Shown one piece after another: positions 19,568-29,267 of a stretch of DNA of 64,000 nt. Numbering within the stretch: position 1 is the stretch's first letter; each line of letters starts with the position of its first letter. The stretch comes from an uncultured Microthrixaceae bacterium (GTDB lineage Bacteria > Actinomycetota > Acidimicrobiia > Acidimicrobiales > Microtrichaceae): positions 3,532 to 67,531 of the forward strand of contig CAYVDN010000006.1 of the NCBI GenBank assembly GCA_964450685.1. Direction: 5' to 3'. The notes beneath the pieces were generated by a model. The model searched no databases, had not been told where the DNA came from, and worked only from the letters and a program-made list of their open reading frames with translations. The translations under genes and the position numbers were made by a program.

Positions 19568-19641
19568 TGGAGCCGATGAGAATCGAACTCACGACCTCTT
19601 CCATGCCATGGAAGCGCTCTAGCCAACTGAGCTACGGCCCC
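19568..19641 (-). tRNA. tRNA-Ala (anticodon GGC)
   Basis: The reverse complement folds as a cloverleaf: GGGGCCG-TA-GCTC-AGTTGGCTA-GAGC-G-CTTCC-ATGGCAT-GGAAG-AGGTC-GTGAG-TTCGATT-CTCAT-CGGCTCC-A. It has the G3:U70 alanine identity pair and anticodon GGC. CCA is not encoded. Confidence 0.9.
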
Positions 19642-19762
19642 GTAGGGACGCACACACTAGCGGGAGCCGAGTCACGCGTGAAAACTCACAGGAGGCTGGC
19701 TGTGTCGCGGGTGCGAGCTGGCCGGTTCGGGGCCTTGCTGTGGGCCTCGATACGATCCGGGG

Positions 19763-22360
19763 ATGTCCGACCAGCCCTCCGCAGAGCGCGGCGCCTCCGC
19801 CGACGGCCCGCCCTACGCAACTTATGACCCGCAGGCGATCGAACCGCGGTGGCAGGAGTTCTGGCGCGAGAACCGCACCTACGAGGTCGACAACGACGAC
19901 CCCCGCGACCGCTACTACGTGCTGTGCATGTACCCGTACCCGTCCGGTGCGGCGCACATGGGACACGTTCGCAATTACACCTTCGGCGACCTGCTCACGC
20001 GTTATCGCACGATGCGCGGTGATGCGGTCCTGTCACCGATGGGCTTCGACAGCTTCGGGCTGCCGGCCGAGAACGCGGCGATCAAGACCGGGCGTCACCC
20101 GCGCGAGTTCACCGACGAGCGAATCGAGCAGCTGCGCAGCTCCATCACCCGCATCGGTGGCGTCTACGACTGGCGTCGCGAGGTTCGCAGCCACGATCCG
20201 GAGTACATCCGCTGGACCCAGTGGATCTTCCTGCAGTTCCTGAACGCAGGGCTCGTGTACCGCAAGGCGGCGCCGGTCAACTGGGACCCGGTCGACCAGA
20301 CGGTGCTGGCCAACGAGCAGGTGTTGCCGGACGGGACAGCTGAGCGCTCCGGTGCGATGGTCGAGAAGCGTGACCTGGAGCAGTGGTACTTCCGTATCAC
20401 CGACTACGCCCAGCAGCTGCTCGACGACCTCGAGAAGGTCGACTGGCCCGAGCGCGTGGTGGTCCAGCAACGCAACTGGATCGGACGCTCCGAGGGCGTC
20501 GAGTTCGCGATGCAGGTCGTGGACCGCGCAGGCGAGCCCGTCACCTCCGACGGTGGCGAGGCTCTGGGCTTCCGGGTCTTCACCACCCGTCCCGACACCA
20601 GCTACGGCATGACTTTCTGCGTGCTCGCTCCCGAGCACCCGCTGGTGCGGACGATCACCACACCCGACCGTCGCGAGGATGTCGAAGCGTTCGTCGAGCG
20701 TGCGCGCCGCACCTCCGAGATCGACCGCCTGTCGACCGAGCGCGACCTGGCGGATCGCGGCTGCTTCACCGGGGCGTTCGCCACGAACCCGTTCACCGGA
20801 AGGCCGGTGCCCGTCTTCCTCGCCGACTACGTGCTGGCCACCTACGGGACAGGTGCCGTCATGGCGGTGCCTGGCGAGGACCAGCGCGACTGGGACTTCG
20901 CCACCGCGTTTGGGTTGGAGATCATCCAGACCGTCGAGCGGCCAGACGGCTGGGACGGCCAGGCGTACAGCGGCGAAGGGGTGCACGTGAACTCGCCGGC
21001 CGGCGACTCTGTCGACGGCGCTCCGGTGCTGAACGGCATGTCGGTACCGGACTCGAAGGCAGCGGCAATCGAATGGCTGTCGGTCACGGGAATCGGGGAG
21101 AGACGGGTCAACTTCCGGCTGCGGGACTGGCTGCTGTCGCGCCAGCGGTTCTGGGGCTGCCCGATCCCGATCGTGTACTGCGACGGCGACGACTCGCGCG
21201 AGGGCTGCGGCATCGTGGCCCTGCCCCAGGACCAGCTGCCCGTCCTCGCGCCCGACGACGTCGAGTTCATGCCGACCGGCCAGTCGCCGCTGCAGTTCCA
21301 CGAAGGCTTCCTGAACACGAAGTGTCCGACGTGCGGAGGTCCCGCTCGCCGTGAGACAGACACGATGGACACATTCGTAGACAGCTCCTGGTACTACCTG
21401 CGCTTCTGTGACCCGTGGTCCGACGAGCTGCCGTTCCGTCGCGATGCGGTGGAAGCATGGATGCCCGTCGACCAGTACATCGGTGGCGCCGAGCACGCGG
21501 TGCTGCACCTCATGTACGCCCGGTTCTTCACAAAGGCGCTGTCGGACCTGGGTCTGGTCCCGGCAGATCTGCGCGAGCCGTTCCAACGGCTCTTCACCCA
21601 GGGCATGATCCGCCTGGACGGCGCCAAGATGTCGAAGTCCAAGGGCAACCTGGTGGCACCCGAAGAGATCATCGACACGCTCGGTGCGGACACCCTGCGC
21701 CTGGCGCACCTGCAGGTGAAGCCGCCCGAGGACGACGTCGACTGGGAGGATGTCGGCCTGGAGGGATGCGCCAAGTTCCTCCACCGGGTGTGGCGACTGG
21801 CCGTACCCGGGTCCGACCTGGCTGTCGTGGTGCGAGATGGGGACATCACGGCAGCAGACCAGCAGATCATCCGTGCGACGCACCGCCTGGTCGCCGACAT
21901 CACCGAGTCCTTCGACCGCTGGTCCTACAACGTGGCCGTGTCGCGCTACATGGCTTTCGTCAACGACCTGTACCGCTACGTCCAGACCGATGAGGGTGCC
22001 CACGCCGCCACCCTCGCAGAGGCGGTCGACACGTTGCTACGCGTGCTTGCCCCTGCATGCCCGCACATGACAGCCGAGCTCTGGTCGATGCGACACCCCG
22101 GTGACGGCGCGACGGTCGCCCACGTGCACGAGAGCCCGTGGCCGGTTCCAGACCCGGCGATGCTGGTCGAGGATTCCGTGACGCTCGTCGTGCAGGTCAA
22201 CGGCAAGGTGCGTGATCGGATCGAGATCGCCGCCGACGCCGACGAATCGGCTTGTGTCGAGGCTGCGCTCGCTTCGGAGAAGGTGCGCGCTCAGCTGGGG
22301 TCCGGTGAGCCGCGTAAGGTCATCGCACGGCCCCCGAAGCTGGTGAACTTCGTCGTCTGA
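19763..22360 (+). CDS. leuS: Leucine--tRNA ligase
   Basis: 865 aa with the HIGH-type motif YPSGAAHMGHVRNY, the KMSKS motif GAKMSKSKGN, and a typical LeuRS N-terminus YDPQAIEPRWQEFW. Confidence 0.97.
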   Translation: MSDQPSAERGASADGPPYATYDPQAIEPRWQEFWRENRTYEVDNDDPRDRYYVLCMYPYPSGAAHMGHVRNYTFGDLLTRYRTMRGDAVLSPMGFDSFGLPAENAAIKTGRHPREFTDERIEQLRSSITRIGGVYDWRREVRSHDPEYIRWTQWIFLQFLNAGLVYRKAAPVNWDPVDQTVLANEQVLPDGTAERSGAMVEKRDLEQWYFRITDYAQQLLDDLEKVDWPERVVVQQRNWIGRSEGVEFAMQVVDRAGEPVTSDGGEALGFRVFTTRPDTSYGMTFCVLAPEHPLVRTITTPDRREDVEAFVERARRTSEIDRLSTERDLADRGCFTGAFATNPFTGRPVPVFLADYVLATYGTGAVMAVPGEDQRDWDFATAFGLEIIQTVERPDGWDGQAYSGEGVHVNSPAGDSVDGAPVLNGMSVPDSKAAAIEWLSVTGIGERRVNFRLRDWLLSRQRFWGCPIPIVYCDGDDSREGCGIVALPQDQLPVLAPDDVEFMPTGQSPLQFHEGFLNTKCPTCGGPARRETDTMDTFVDSSWYYLRFCDPWSDELPFRRDAVEAWMPVDQYIGGAEHAVLHLMYARFFTKALSDLGLVPADLREPFQRLFTQGMIRLDGAKMSKSKGNLVAPEEIIDTLGADTLRLAHLQVKPPEDDVDWEDVGLEGCAKFLHRVWRLAVPGSDLAVVVRDGDITAADQQIIRATHRLVADITESFDRWSYNVAVSRYMAFVNDLYRYVQTDEGAHAATLAEAVDTLLRVLAPACPHMTAELWSMRHPGDGATVAHVHESPWPVPDPAMLVEDSVTLVVQVNGKVRDRIEIAADADESACVEAALASEKVRAQLGSGEPRKVIARPPKLVNFVV

Positions 22361-22404
22361 GCTCGGGGCCGTAACCGCAACGCCCACGGGAAGGTCAGAC
22401 AACC

Positions 22405-24060
22405 GTGCTGTCGCTCATCGATCGAATCGAGTCAGTAGCCGCTAACCCCCGGGGGACGATGACCTTCGCCAACGGCGACGACACGGTCACCATCGGCTGG
22501 GACGACCTCCACCGCGACGCCCGGGCAGCTGCGGCAGGGCTCCAGGCGAGGGGGGTGCGACCGGGCGACCACGTGGCGCTCATCGGGCCGACGACCCGCC
22601 GGCTGGTCACGACCATCCAGGCGACCTGGCTGAGCGGGGCAGCGCTGGTGACGATGCCGCTTCCCATGCGTATGGCTGCACTCGACCAGTTCATCGCCCA
22701 GACGCGCGCCCGCATCCACCGGTCGAACACCCGCATCGTCGTGATCGACCCGGACCTCGCTGCGTTCATCGAACCGGTCCCGGGTGATCCGCCGTTCGTC
22801 ACCCTTGACGAGCTCTTCGCGGACGACATGCCGGGGGAGGATGCCTACCGTCGCCCCGACAGCGACCCGGACTCGCTCGCCGTGCTGCAGTTCACCTCTG
22901 GTTCGACCTCGGAACCCAAGGGCGTGATGCTCTCTCACCGGGCCATCTGCAACAACCTCGACGGTGCCTGGCAGGCAGCCGAGATCGTCCCCGAGGACGT
23001 GATCGTGTCGTGGCTGCCGCTGTATCACGACATGGGTCTGGTCGGCCTTCTGACGATCCCGATGTCGCTCGGTTGCACGCTCGTCCAGGGTGCTCCCCAG
23101 GACTTCCTGGCGCGGCCGATCCGATGGCTGCGCTGGATCAGCGAATTCGGCGGCACCGGTACTGCCGGGCCGAACTTCTCGTACGCCCTGGCGACGAGGG
23201 CTCTCAAGCGCAGCGACGAGGAGCTCGACCTGTCCCACATGCGCGTCTGGTTGAACGGCGCCGAGCCGGTCGACCCGGAGACATACCGAGGGTTCTTCGA
23301 AGCGGGTGAGCGGTTCGGTCTGTCGCCCAAGGGCGCGTTCCCGGCGTTCGGGATGGCCGAGGTCTGCATCGCCGGTACGTTCCCCACACCCGGCGCCGGA
23401 CTGCAGACCGACTGGGTGGACCGCGAGGCTCTCGAGTCGGATCGCAAGGCAATCGCAGTCGAAGCCGGCAGCGGGGGCGCGACCGAGTTGGTCGTGCTGG
23501 GCCGGGCGGTGCCGGGACTCGAGGTCTCCGTCGTCGACCCCGAGTCCGGCGAGGTCTGCTCGGAGCGGGAGGTCGGTGAGCTGCGAATAACCGGCAACTC
23601 GCTGACCAGCGGCTACTTCAACGATGCCGAGTCGACCGACGCGCTGATCATCGACGGCTGGCTGCACACCGGCGACCTCGCCTACACCGTCGACGGTCAG
23701 CTGGTCGTGTGCGGCCGCATCAAGGATGTGATCATCGTCGGCGGACGCAACATCTACCCCCAGGACGTCGAGAAGGCAGCCGGTGAGGTCGCAGGTGTCC
23801 GCCCCGGCAACATCATCGCCTTCGGTACCGACGGGCGCCACGGAGCACAGAACATCATCGTGGTCGCCGAGGCGCGGGGCGACGATCCCGTCGGGATCGC
23901 GCGGGAAGTCACCCGGGTGGTCAACGACTCCGTGGGCATTCCCCCCAAGGAAGTCGTGCTCGTCGAGCCGGGGACAGTGCCCAAGACGTCGTCCGGCAAG
24001 CTCCAGCGCTCGGCCTGCAAGCAGCAGTACGGATCGGGCGAGCTCTCCCGTCTGGGCTGA
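22405..24060 (+). CDS. Fatty acyl-AMP ligase (FAAL, FadD32-like adenylating enzyme)
   Basis: 551 aa with FTSGSTSEPKGVMLSHRAI, LDLSHMRVWLNGAEPV, WLHTGDLAY, GRIKDVIIVGGRNIYPQDVE and TSSGKLQRSACK. This motif set matches FAAL-type rather than generic acyl-CoA synthetases. Confidence 0.75.
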   Translation: MLSLIDRIESVAANPRGTMTFANGDDTVTIGWDDLHRDARAAAAGLQARGVRPGDHVALIGPTTRRLVTTIQATWLSGAALVTMPLPMRMAALDQFIAQTRARIHRSNTRIVVIDPDLAAFIEPVPGDPPFVTLDELFADDMPGEDAYRRPDSDPDSLAVLQFTSGSTSEPKGVMLSHRAICNNLDGAWQAAEIVPEDVIVSWLPLYHDMGLVGLLTIPMSLGCTLVQGAPQDFLARPIRWLRWISEFGGTGTAGPNFSYALATRALKRSDEELDLSHMRVWLNGAEPVDPETYRGFFEAGERFGLSPKGAFPAFGMAEVCIAGTFPTPGAGLQTDWVDREALESDRKAIAVEAGSGGATELVVLGRAVPGLEVSVVDPESGEVCSEREVGELRITGNSLTSGYFNDAESTDALIIDGWLHTGDLAYTVDGQLVVCGRIKDVIIVGGRNIYPQDVEKAAGEVAGVRPGNIIAFGTDGRHGAQNIIVVAEARGDDPVGIAREVTRVVNDSVGIPPKEVVLVEPGTVPKTSSGKLQRSACKQQYGSGELSRLG

Positions 24061-24141
24061 CCCGCCCGGCTCCGGGTCTGTACCGACCACCGACCCCCGA
24101 CCTGGAGTCCCGTCACGTACTACGGTCGCCCCCGTTCCGGG

Positions 24142-26238
24142 GTGACCGGCGGCAGGTGCGCACATCGGGGGGTGGCGTTGTCCGTACGAGGGGGGAGAGC
24201 GCCTGATCGTCGTGTCGACGCGTGGCTTCTCGCTCCGGCGGCGCTGATCGTCGCAGTCCAGGTGACCCTGTTCCCGGTGCCGCTCGGTGCCGCGTTCTCC
24301 GGTCTGATCATCGGTCTGCTCGGCGCGCTGGGGGCGGTCGGGCTGGCACTCGTCTGGCGATCCAACCGGGTCGTCAACTTCGCGCAGGGAGACCTGGGCG
24401 TGTTCCCGGCGACGCTGACGGTTCTCCTGGTCACCATCGTCGGCCTCCCGTGGATCGTCGGGATGGCCGCAGGGTTCGCCTCGGCGTTGATCGTCGGGCT
24501 CCTGGCCGACGTGCTCGTCGTCCGGCGATTCTACCGGGCGCCCCGGCTGCAGCTCACGGTGGCGACCTTGGGGCTGGCCCAGATACTGGGTTTCGCGGCA
24601 CTGGTGCTTCCGAGGGCGTGGGGAGAAGGCCCGGTGATCCGCAGCCTGCCGGCCCCCTTCGAGGTCTCGTTCAGTGTCGGGGAGGTCAACTTCGATGCGA
24701 ACGACCTGATCGCACTCATCGTGGCACCACTGCTGATCGGCGGTCTTGCCGCGTTCCTGCGCCTGACCGACACCGGAATCGCTGTGCGCGCAGCAGCCGA
24801 TCGCCCCGACCGGGCAGCGGGTCTGGGCATACCGGTCCGTCGTCTCGAGGCGCAGGTCTGGACGCTCGCCGCGCTGCTTTCGTTCGTGTCGGTCTGTCTG
24901 ACCGCCGGGGTCACGAACCTGCCTTTCGGTGTCGGCACCGGCCTGGTGATAGTCCTGCGTGCCCTTGCAGCGCTCGTGATCGGACGGATGACCCACATGG
25001 TCGTCATCGCGACCACAGCGGTTTGCCTGGGGTTGCTCGAGACCGGCATCCGCTGGAACACAGGCGACGTGGCACTCGTCGCGCCGATCCTCGCGGCTCT
25101 GATCATCGCCAGTCTCCTGATCCAGCGGCGGGGAGCCACCCGCGCCGACCGCGACGACTCGGCGAGCTTCGCCTCGACGACTGAGGTGCGCCGGGTTCCG
25201 ACAGCGGTGGCCCGGCTGAGCGTCGTCAGGCTCGCCCGATGGGCCACGGGGTCGGCGCTGGCGTTGCTCGTCGTGCTGGGACCGTTGGCGATGGGCACCA
25301 ACGGTCAGCTCAAGGCGGGGGTGGTTGTGATCTTCGCGATCATCGGTACGTCGGTGGTCGTCCTCACCGGTTGGGCGGGTCAGGTGTCGCTCGGACAGAT
25401 GGTCTTCGTCGGGGTCGGCGCGGCGGTTGGCGCGTGGTGCACCGTGGAAAGAGGGTGGGATCCGTTCGTGTCGATGATGATCGCCGGACCACTCGGCGCC
25501 GCCGCGGCCGTCGTCGTGGGCCTGCCGGCTCTGAGACTCCGTGGTCTGTACCTGGCTGTGACCACGCTCGCCGTCTCGCTCGCCGCGTCGGAATGGGTGT
25601 TCTCCAACCGTGCTGTCGAAGTGATCCCAACAGGGTCTTTCGAACGACCGGCGTTGTTCGGTCGCATACCGCTGGACACCCCGATGCGCCTCTACTACTT
25701 CGCGCTGGGCGTCCTCGCCGTCGTATTCGTCGCTCTCCGCGGAATCCGACGGAGCCGTAGCGGTCGGGTCCTGGTGGCACTGCGCGACAACGAGGACGGT
25801 GCCGCCGCGTTCGGAGTCGACCCCACCCGCGCCAAGTTGTCCGCGTTCGCCCTGTCGGGGTTCGTCGCCGCCTGGGCAGGAGTGGTGATGGTGATCCACC
25901 AGGCCTCTTTCCGCTCCGTCACGTACAGCGCCGAGGAGAGCCTCACGGTCTTCGTCGCGACCGTCATCGGTGGCCTCGGCAGCCTGACCGGAGCGGTCCT
26001 GGGAGCGGTGTTCCAGCGCGGTGCCCAATGGTTGCTGCCGGCCCCGTGGTCGGTGCTTGCCACAGGCCTGGGAGTCCTGGTGGTTCTGCTCGTACTTCCG
26101 GAAGGGCTGTCCGGTCTGCTCTGGCGGGGTCGTGACGCCCTGCTCGGACGTGTGACGCTGCCCGGCGAGACCGCGTCTGATGAGACCGCGTCTGATGAGA
26201 CCGCGTCCGATGAGACCGGCGAGGTGCGCGAGTCGTGA
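24142..26238 (+). CDS. Fused LivH-LivM type ABC importer permease
   Basis: 698 aa, polytopic. The N-terminal half has the LivH-like motif NFAQGDLGVFPA. The C-terminal half is LivM-like (VVLTGWAGQVSLGQMVFVGVGA). The C-terminal tail carries ETASD x3. Confidence 0.8.
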   Translation: MTGGRCAHRGVALSVRGGRAPDRRVDAWLLAPAALIVAVQVTLFPVPLGAAFSGLIIGLLGALGAVGLALVWRSNRVVNFAQGDLGVFPATLTVLLVTIVGLPWIVGMAAGFASALIVGLLADVLVVRRFYRAPRLQLTVATLGLAQILGFAALVLPRAWGEGPVIRSLPAPFEVSFSVGEVNFDANDLIALIVAPLLIGGLAAFLRLTDTGIAVRAAADRPDRAAGLGIPVRRLEAQVWTLAALLSFVSVCLTAGVTNLPFGVGTGLVIVLRALAALVIGRMTHMVVIATTAVCLGLLETGIRWNTGDVALVAPILAALIIASLLIQRRGATRADRDDSASFASTTEVRRVPTAVARLSVVRLARWATGSALALLVVLGPLAMGTNGQLKAGVVVIFAIIGTSVVVLTGWAGQVSLGQMVFVGVGAAVGAWCTVERGWDPFVSMMIAGPLGAAAAVVVGLPALRLRGLYLAVTTLAVSLAASEWVFSNRAVEVIPTGSFERPALFGRIPLDTPMRLYYFALGVLAVVFVALRGIRRSRSGRVLVALRDNEDGAAAFGVDPTRAKLSAFALSGFVAAWAGVVMVIHQASFRSVTYSAEESLTVFVATVIGGLGSLTGAVLGAVFQRGAQWLLPAPWSVLATGLGVLVVLLVLPEGLSGLLWRGRDALLGRVTLPGETASDETASDETASDETGEVRES
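26167..26211 (+). repeat. In-frame tandem repeat, 3 x 15 bp (GAGACCGCGTC[T/C]GAT), encoding ETASD x3 at the permease C-terminus
   Basis: Read directly. Units at 26167, 26182 and 26197, followed by a partial GAGACCG. Confidence 0.85.
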
Positions 26239-29200
26239 GCCACGCCGATCGCATCACACTTCTCGACCTCCGCGAGTCGTCCCGTGGGGTCGTCGACCCA
26301 CGGCGCTGGGGCGCCGGTCTGCGCCGGCCGCGACGATCGCTGCGTGCGATGGTCGGTGACGGGCCCGTGTTCCCTCTGCTCGTGCTGTTCGGCCTGAACG
26401 CCGTTGACGAGCTCGACCGCACGGGCTTCGGCATCCTGCTGCCCAACATCCGCGACGCGTTCGGCATGTCCAACACCGGTGTCCTGACTCTGGTGGGTGT
26501 CACGGCACTCGGCGCGCTGGCGATGCAGATGCCCATCGCGATCGCGTCCGACCGCGGCAACAGGGTTGCGATAACGCTCGTCGGCGCATCCGCCTGGGCT
26601 GTGTTCTCGGTCATGACAGGTGCTGCGACCACGATCTGGATGCTGCTCGTCGCCCGGGTCGGTACCGGCATCGGCCGGGCGGTCGTGGACCCCACACACA
26701 ACGCTCTGCTGTCGGACTGGTACGCGGTCGACCGTCGCCCGGCGGTGTTCTCGTTCCACCGCGCTGCGAACGTGCTCGGCAACTTCGCGGGGCCTCTGCT
26801 CGCCGGAGGGCTGGCGGCTGCGTTCAGCTGGCGGGTCCCGTTCTTCGTGTTCGCTGTGCCGACAGTCGTCCTGGTCGTGCTCGGCATGCGCTTGCGCGAC
26901 CCGGTCAGAGGAGCGCAGGAACGCCGTGCGGCGGGCGCGGGTGAACACGTGGCAGAGACGGCCGAGGTTCCGCCGAGCTTCGCCGAGGCGTGGCGGCTCC
27001 TGTGGAAGATCGATGTGCTGCGCCGGATGTGGTACTCGGTGCCGTTTCTGGCGGTTGCGATCGTCGGTTTCATCTCCCTCGCAGGGCTCCTCTACGAAGA
27101 GGTGTACCGGCTCGACGAGTTGGAGCGCGGCTATCTGGCAGCGGTGGCCGAACCGTTCCAGTTCCTCGGTCTGGCGGTCGGAGCGCGGCTCGGGACCAGA
27201 TTGTTCCTGCGCGGTCCCCACCTGATCTTCCGGCTGCTGCGCGGCGTCGCCTTCGCCTGTTCCGCCCTGGTCGCATGCTTTGCTCTGGCGCCGACGTTGC
27301 CGCTGACGATCGTCGCCAACATCGCTCTCACAACCGTTCTCGCCATCTTGTTGCCAGGGCTGTTCGCGACCCTTTCCCTGGCCATCCCGGCCCGCGCCCG
27401 TTCCGTCGGCTTCTCGATCGCGGCCTGGTGGGCGATCCCGGGTCTGGCGATGCTGCCCTTGATCGGCTGGGTCTCCGACACGTTCGGCATCCGTCTCGGG
27501 ATGCTCGTCATGGTGCCGATCCTCGTCGTCGGCGGGCTGATCATCTCCACCGGCGGTTCGGTCGTCGAGCGTGACATCAACGACGCGTGGCGGGCATCGG
27601 CCACACGTTCGCAGGCGTTGATCGAGCGAGAGGACGGCCGCTCGAAGCTGCTCGTCGTCAAGGACCTGCAGGTGGGCTACGGGCAGGTCCGGATCCTCCA
27701 CGACATCGACTTCGAGGTGGCAGAGGGGGAGGTGCTCGCAGTGCTGGGAACCAACGGCGCCGGCAAGTCGACTCTGATCAGAGCCATCTCTGGTGTCACC
27801 GAGGCCGACTTCGGAGCGGTCGTCCTCGACGGTCGAGACATCACCCACGCACCGCCGAACGAGATCGCGTCGTTGGGTGTCGCCCAGGTGCCCGGCGGTG
27901 CCGGCACCTTCCCGTCGTTGAGCGTCGCCGAGAACCTGCGCGCAGCCGGGTGGCAGCTCAGGCGTGACCGGGCCGGGCTGGCAGAGCGGACCGACGAGGT
28001 GCTCGACGTGTTCCCAGTCCTGCGCGACCGGTTGGACGAGCCGGCGGCCAACCTGTCGGGTGGGCAGCAGCAGATGCTCGCGTTGGCGATGGCGCTGCTG
28101 TCACGACCGAAGCTCCTCCTCGTCGACGAGCTCAGCATGGGGCTCGCGCCTGTCGTGGTCGGTCAGCTCGCCTCACTCGTCCGTCGGGTTGCGTCAGAGG
28201 GCACGACCGTCGTGCTGGTCGAACAATCGATCAACGTCGCCCTCGGCATCGCTACGAGCGCGCTGTTCATCGAGCGCGGCCGGATCCGGTACGCGGGACC
28301 GGCACACGAGTTGGTCGAGCATCCCGAACTGCTGCGCGCAGCGTTCCTGGCCGAGGGCGCTGCGTCTGTCGAGCAACGATCCGTAGTTCGGGCCGACAGG
28401 CGCTCGCCGGAGGCGTTGGAGCTCACATCGGTGACTCGCCGGTTCGGTGGGATCTCGGCGGTGGACGATGTCAGCTTCGCCGTCGCTCCCGGGGAGATCG
28501 TCGGTCTGATCGGCCAGAACGGCGCCGGTAAGACGACGCTGCTCGATCTGATCTGCGGCTATCAGCCCCTCGACGGTGGACATGTCCGGATCGGTGGGGT
28601 CGACGTCTCCCGACGATCTCCCCACGAGCGAGCCGGAGCGGGGCTCGGCCGCACGTTCCAGGGTGGGCATCTGTTCCCGGGTCTGACCGTCACCGAGGCA
28701 GTCGCAGTGGCGTTGGAACGGTCGACGATCGTGCGCGACATGATCAACCCCGCCCTCCGCCTGCCCGCGGCGTTCGACAGCGAGGCGGCGGTGATGCGAC
28801 GGGTCCTCGAACTGCTCGACCTTTTCGGTCTGGATCCCTACCGCGACGCGTTCACGTCGGATCTCTCGATCGGCACGAGGCGCATCGTCGAGTTCGCGTG
28901 CGCTGTGGCGCACCAGCCGGACGTGCTCCTGCTCGACGAGCCGGCCGCGGGAGTGGCTCAACGCGACGTCGAGCAGCTGGGCGGAATCCTCTCGCGTATC
29001 CGCGTCGAGCTCGGTTGTGCGATGGTCGTCATAGAACACGACATGCCCCTGGTCGCCTCGGTGTGTGATCGGCTCGTCGCCCTGGAGGCAGGCTCGGTGA
29101 TCGCCGAGGGCCCACCCGGCAAGGTGCTGAACGATCCGGCTGTCGTGGCGTCCTACCTGGGTGATGACATGGCGTCGGTCCACCGGTCGGGGACAGGCGA

Positions 29201-29267
29201 CGGCTTCAGGGCCGGCAGCCAGACGGACGGGACGATGACTCGACAGTCCGAGGAGAGTGACCGATGA
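26235..29267 (+). CDS. Tri-domain protein: N-terminal 12-TM MFS domain fused to LivF-like and LivG-like ABC ATPase domains
   Basis: 1010 aa with a GTGA overlap to the permease gene. Residues 1 to about 445 have 12 predicted TM helices and the MFS motif-A-like IASDRGNRVAIT. NBD1 reads GTNGAGKSTLIRAISG / LSGGQQQMLALA / LLLVDELSMGL. NBD2 reads GQNGAGKTTLLDLICG / LSIGTRRIVEFA / VLLLDEPAAGV. Confidence 0.8.
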   Translation: MSHADRITLLDLRESSRGVVDPRRWGAGLRRPRRSLRAMVGDGPVFPLLVLFGLNAVDELDRTGFGILLPNIRDAFGMSNTGVLTLVGVTALGALAMQMPIAIASDRGNRVAITLVGASAWAVFSVMTGAATTIWMLLVARVGTGIGRAVVDPTHNALLSDWYAVDRRPAVFSFHRAANVLGNFAGPLLAGGLAAAFSWRVPFFVFAVPTVVLVVLGMRLRDPVRGAQERRAAGAGEHVAETAEVPPSFAEAWRLLWKIDVLRRMWYSVPFLAVAIVGFISLAGLLYEEVYRLDELERGYLAAVAEPFQFLGLAVGARLGTRLFLRGPHLIFRLLRGVAFACSALVACFALAPTLPLTIVANIALTTVLAILLPGLFATLSLAIPARARSVGFSIAAWWAIPGLAMLPLIGWVSDTFGIRLGMLVMVPILVVGGLIISTGGSVVERDINDAWRASATRSQALIEREDGRSKLLVVKDLQVGYGQVRILHDIDFEVAEGEVLAVLGTNGAGKSTLIRAISGVTEADFGAVVLDGRDITHAPPNEIASLGVAQVPGGAGTFPSLSVAENLRAAGWQLRRDRAGLAERTDEVLDVFPVLRDRLDEPAANLSGGQQQMLALAMALLSRPKLLLVDELSMGLAPVVVGQLASLVRRVASEGTTVVLVEQSINVALGIATSALFIERGRIRYAGPAHELVEHPELLRAAFLAEGAASVEQRSVVRADRRSPEALELTSVTRRFGGISAVDDVSFAVAPGEIVGLIGQNGAGKTTLLDLICGYQPLDGGHVRIGGVDVSRRSPHERAGAGLGRTFQGGHLFPGLTVTEAVAVALERSTIVRDMINPALRLPAAFDSEAAVMRRVLELLDLFGLDPYRDAFTSDLSIGTRRIVEFACAVAHQPDVLLLDEPAAGVAQRDVEQLGGILSRIRVELGCAMVVIEHDMPLVASVCDRLVALEAGSVIAEGPPGKVLNDPAVVASYLGDDMASVHRSGTGDGFRAGSQTDGTMTRQSEESDR

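Noticed and set aside
19459-19762. tRNA-Ala as an integration hotspot for a genomic island
   Set aside because: There is no integrase, no duplicated tRNA 3' end and no direct repeat nearby. The flanking genes (rsfS, leuS) are the conserved backbone.
20033-22003. 656-aa minus-strand ORF
   Set aside because: It is antisense to leuS.
26167-26211. Short tandem repeats here and at 37463-37498 and 63645-63734, considered as CRISPR or minisatellite elements
   Set aside because: The units are contiguous with no spacers, 15-18 bp long and in frame within coding regions (ETASD, APSPGQ, QPYGxP). They are low-complexity coding repeats, not CRISPR arrays.
22432-27848. Very long minus-strand ORFs (1198 aa at 22432-26028 and 717 aa at 25695-27848)
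   Set aside because: They are antisense to the FAAL, LivHM and MFS-ATPase genes, which have clear motifs. Their translations are Arg/Asp/Pro/Gly-rich with no motifs, so they are shadow ORFs.
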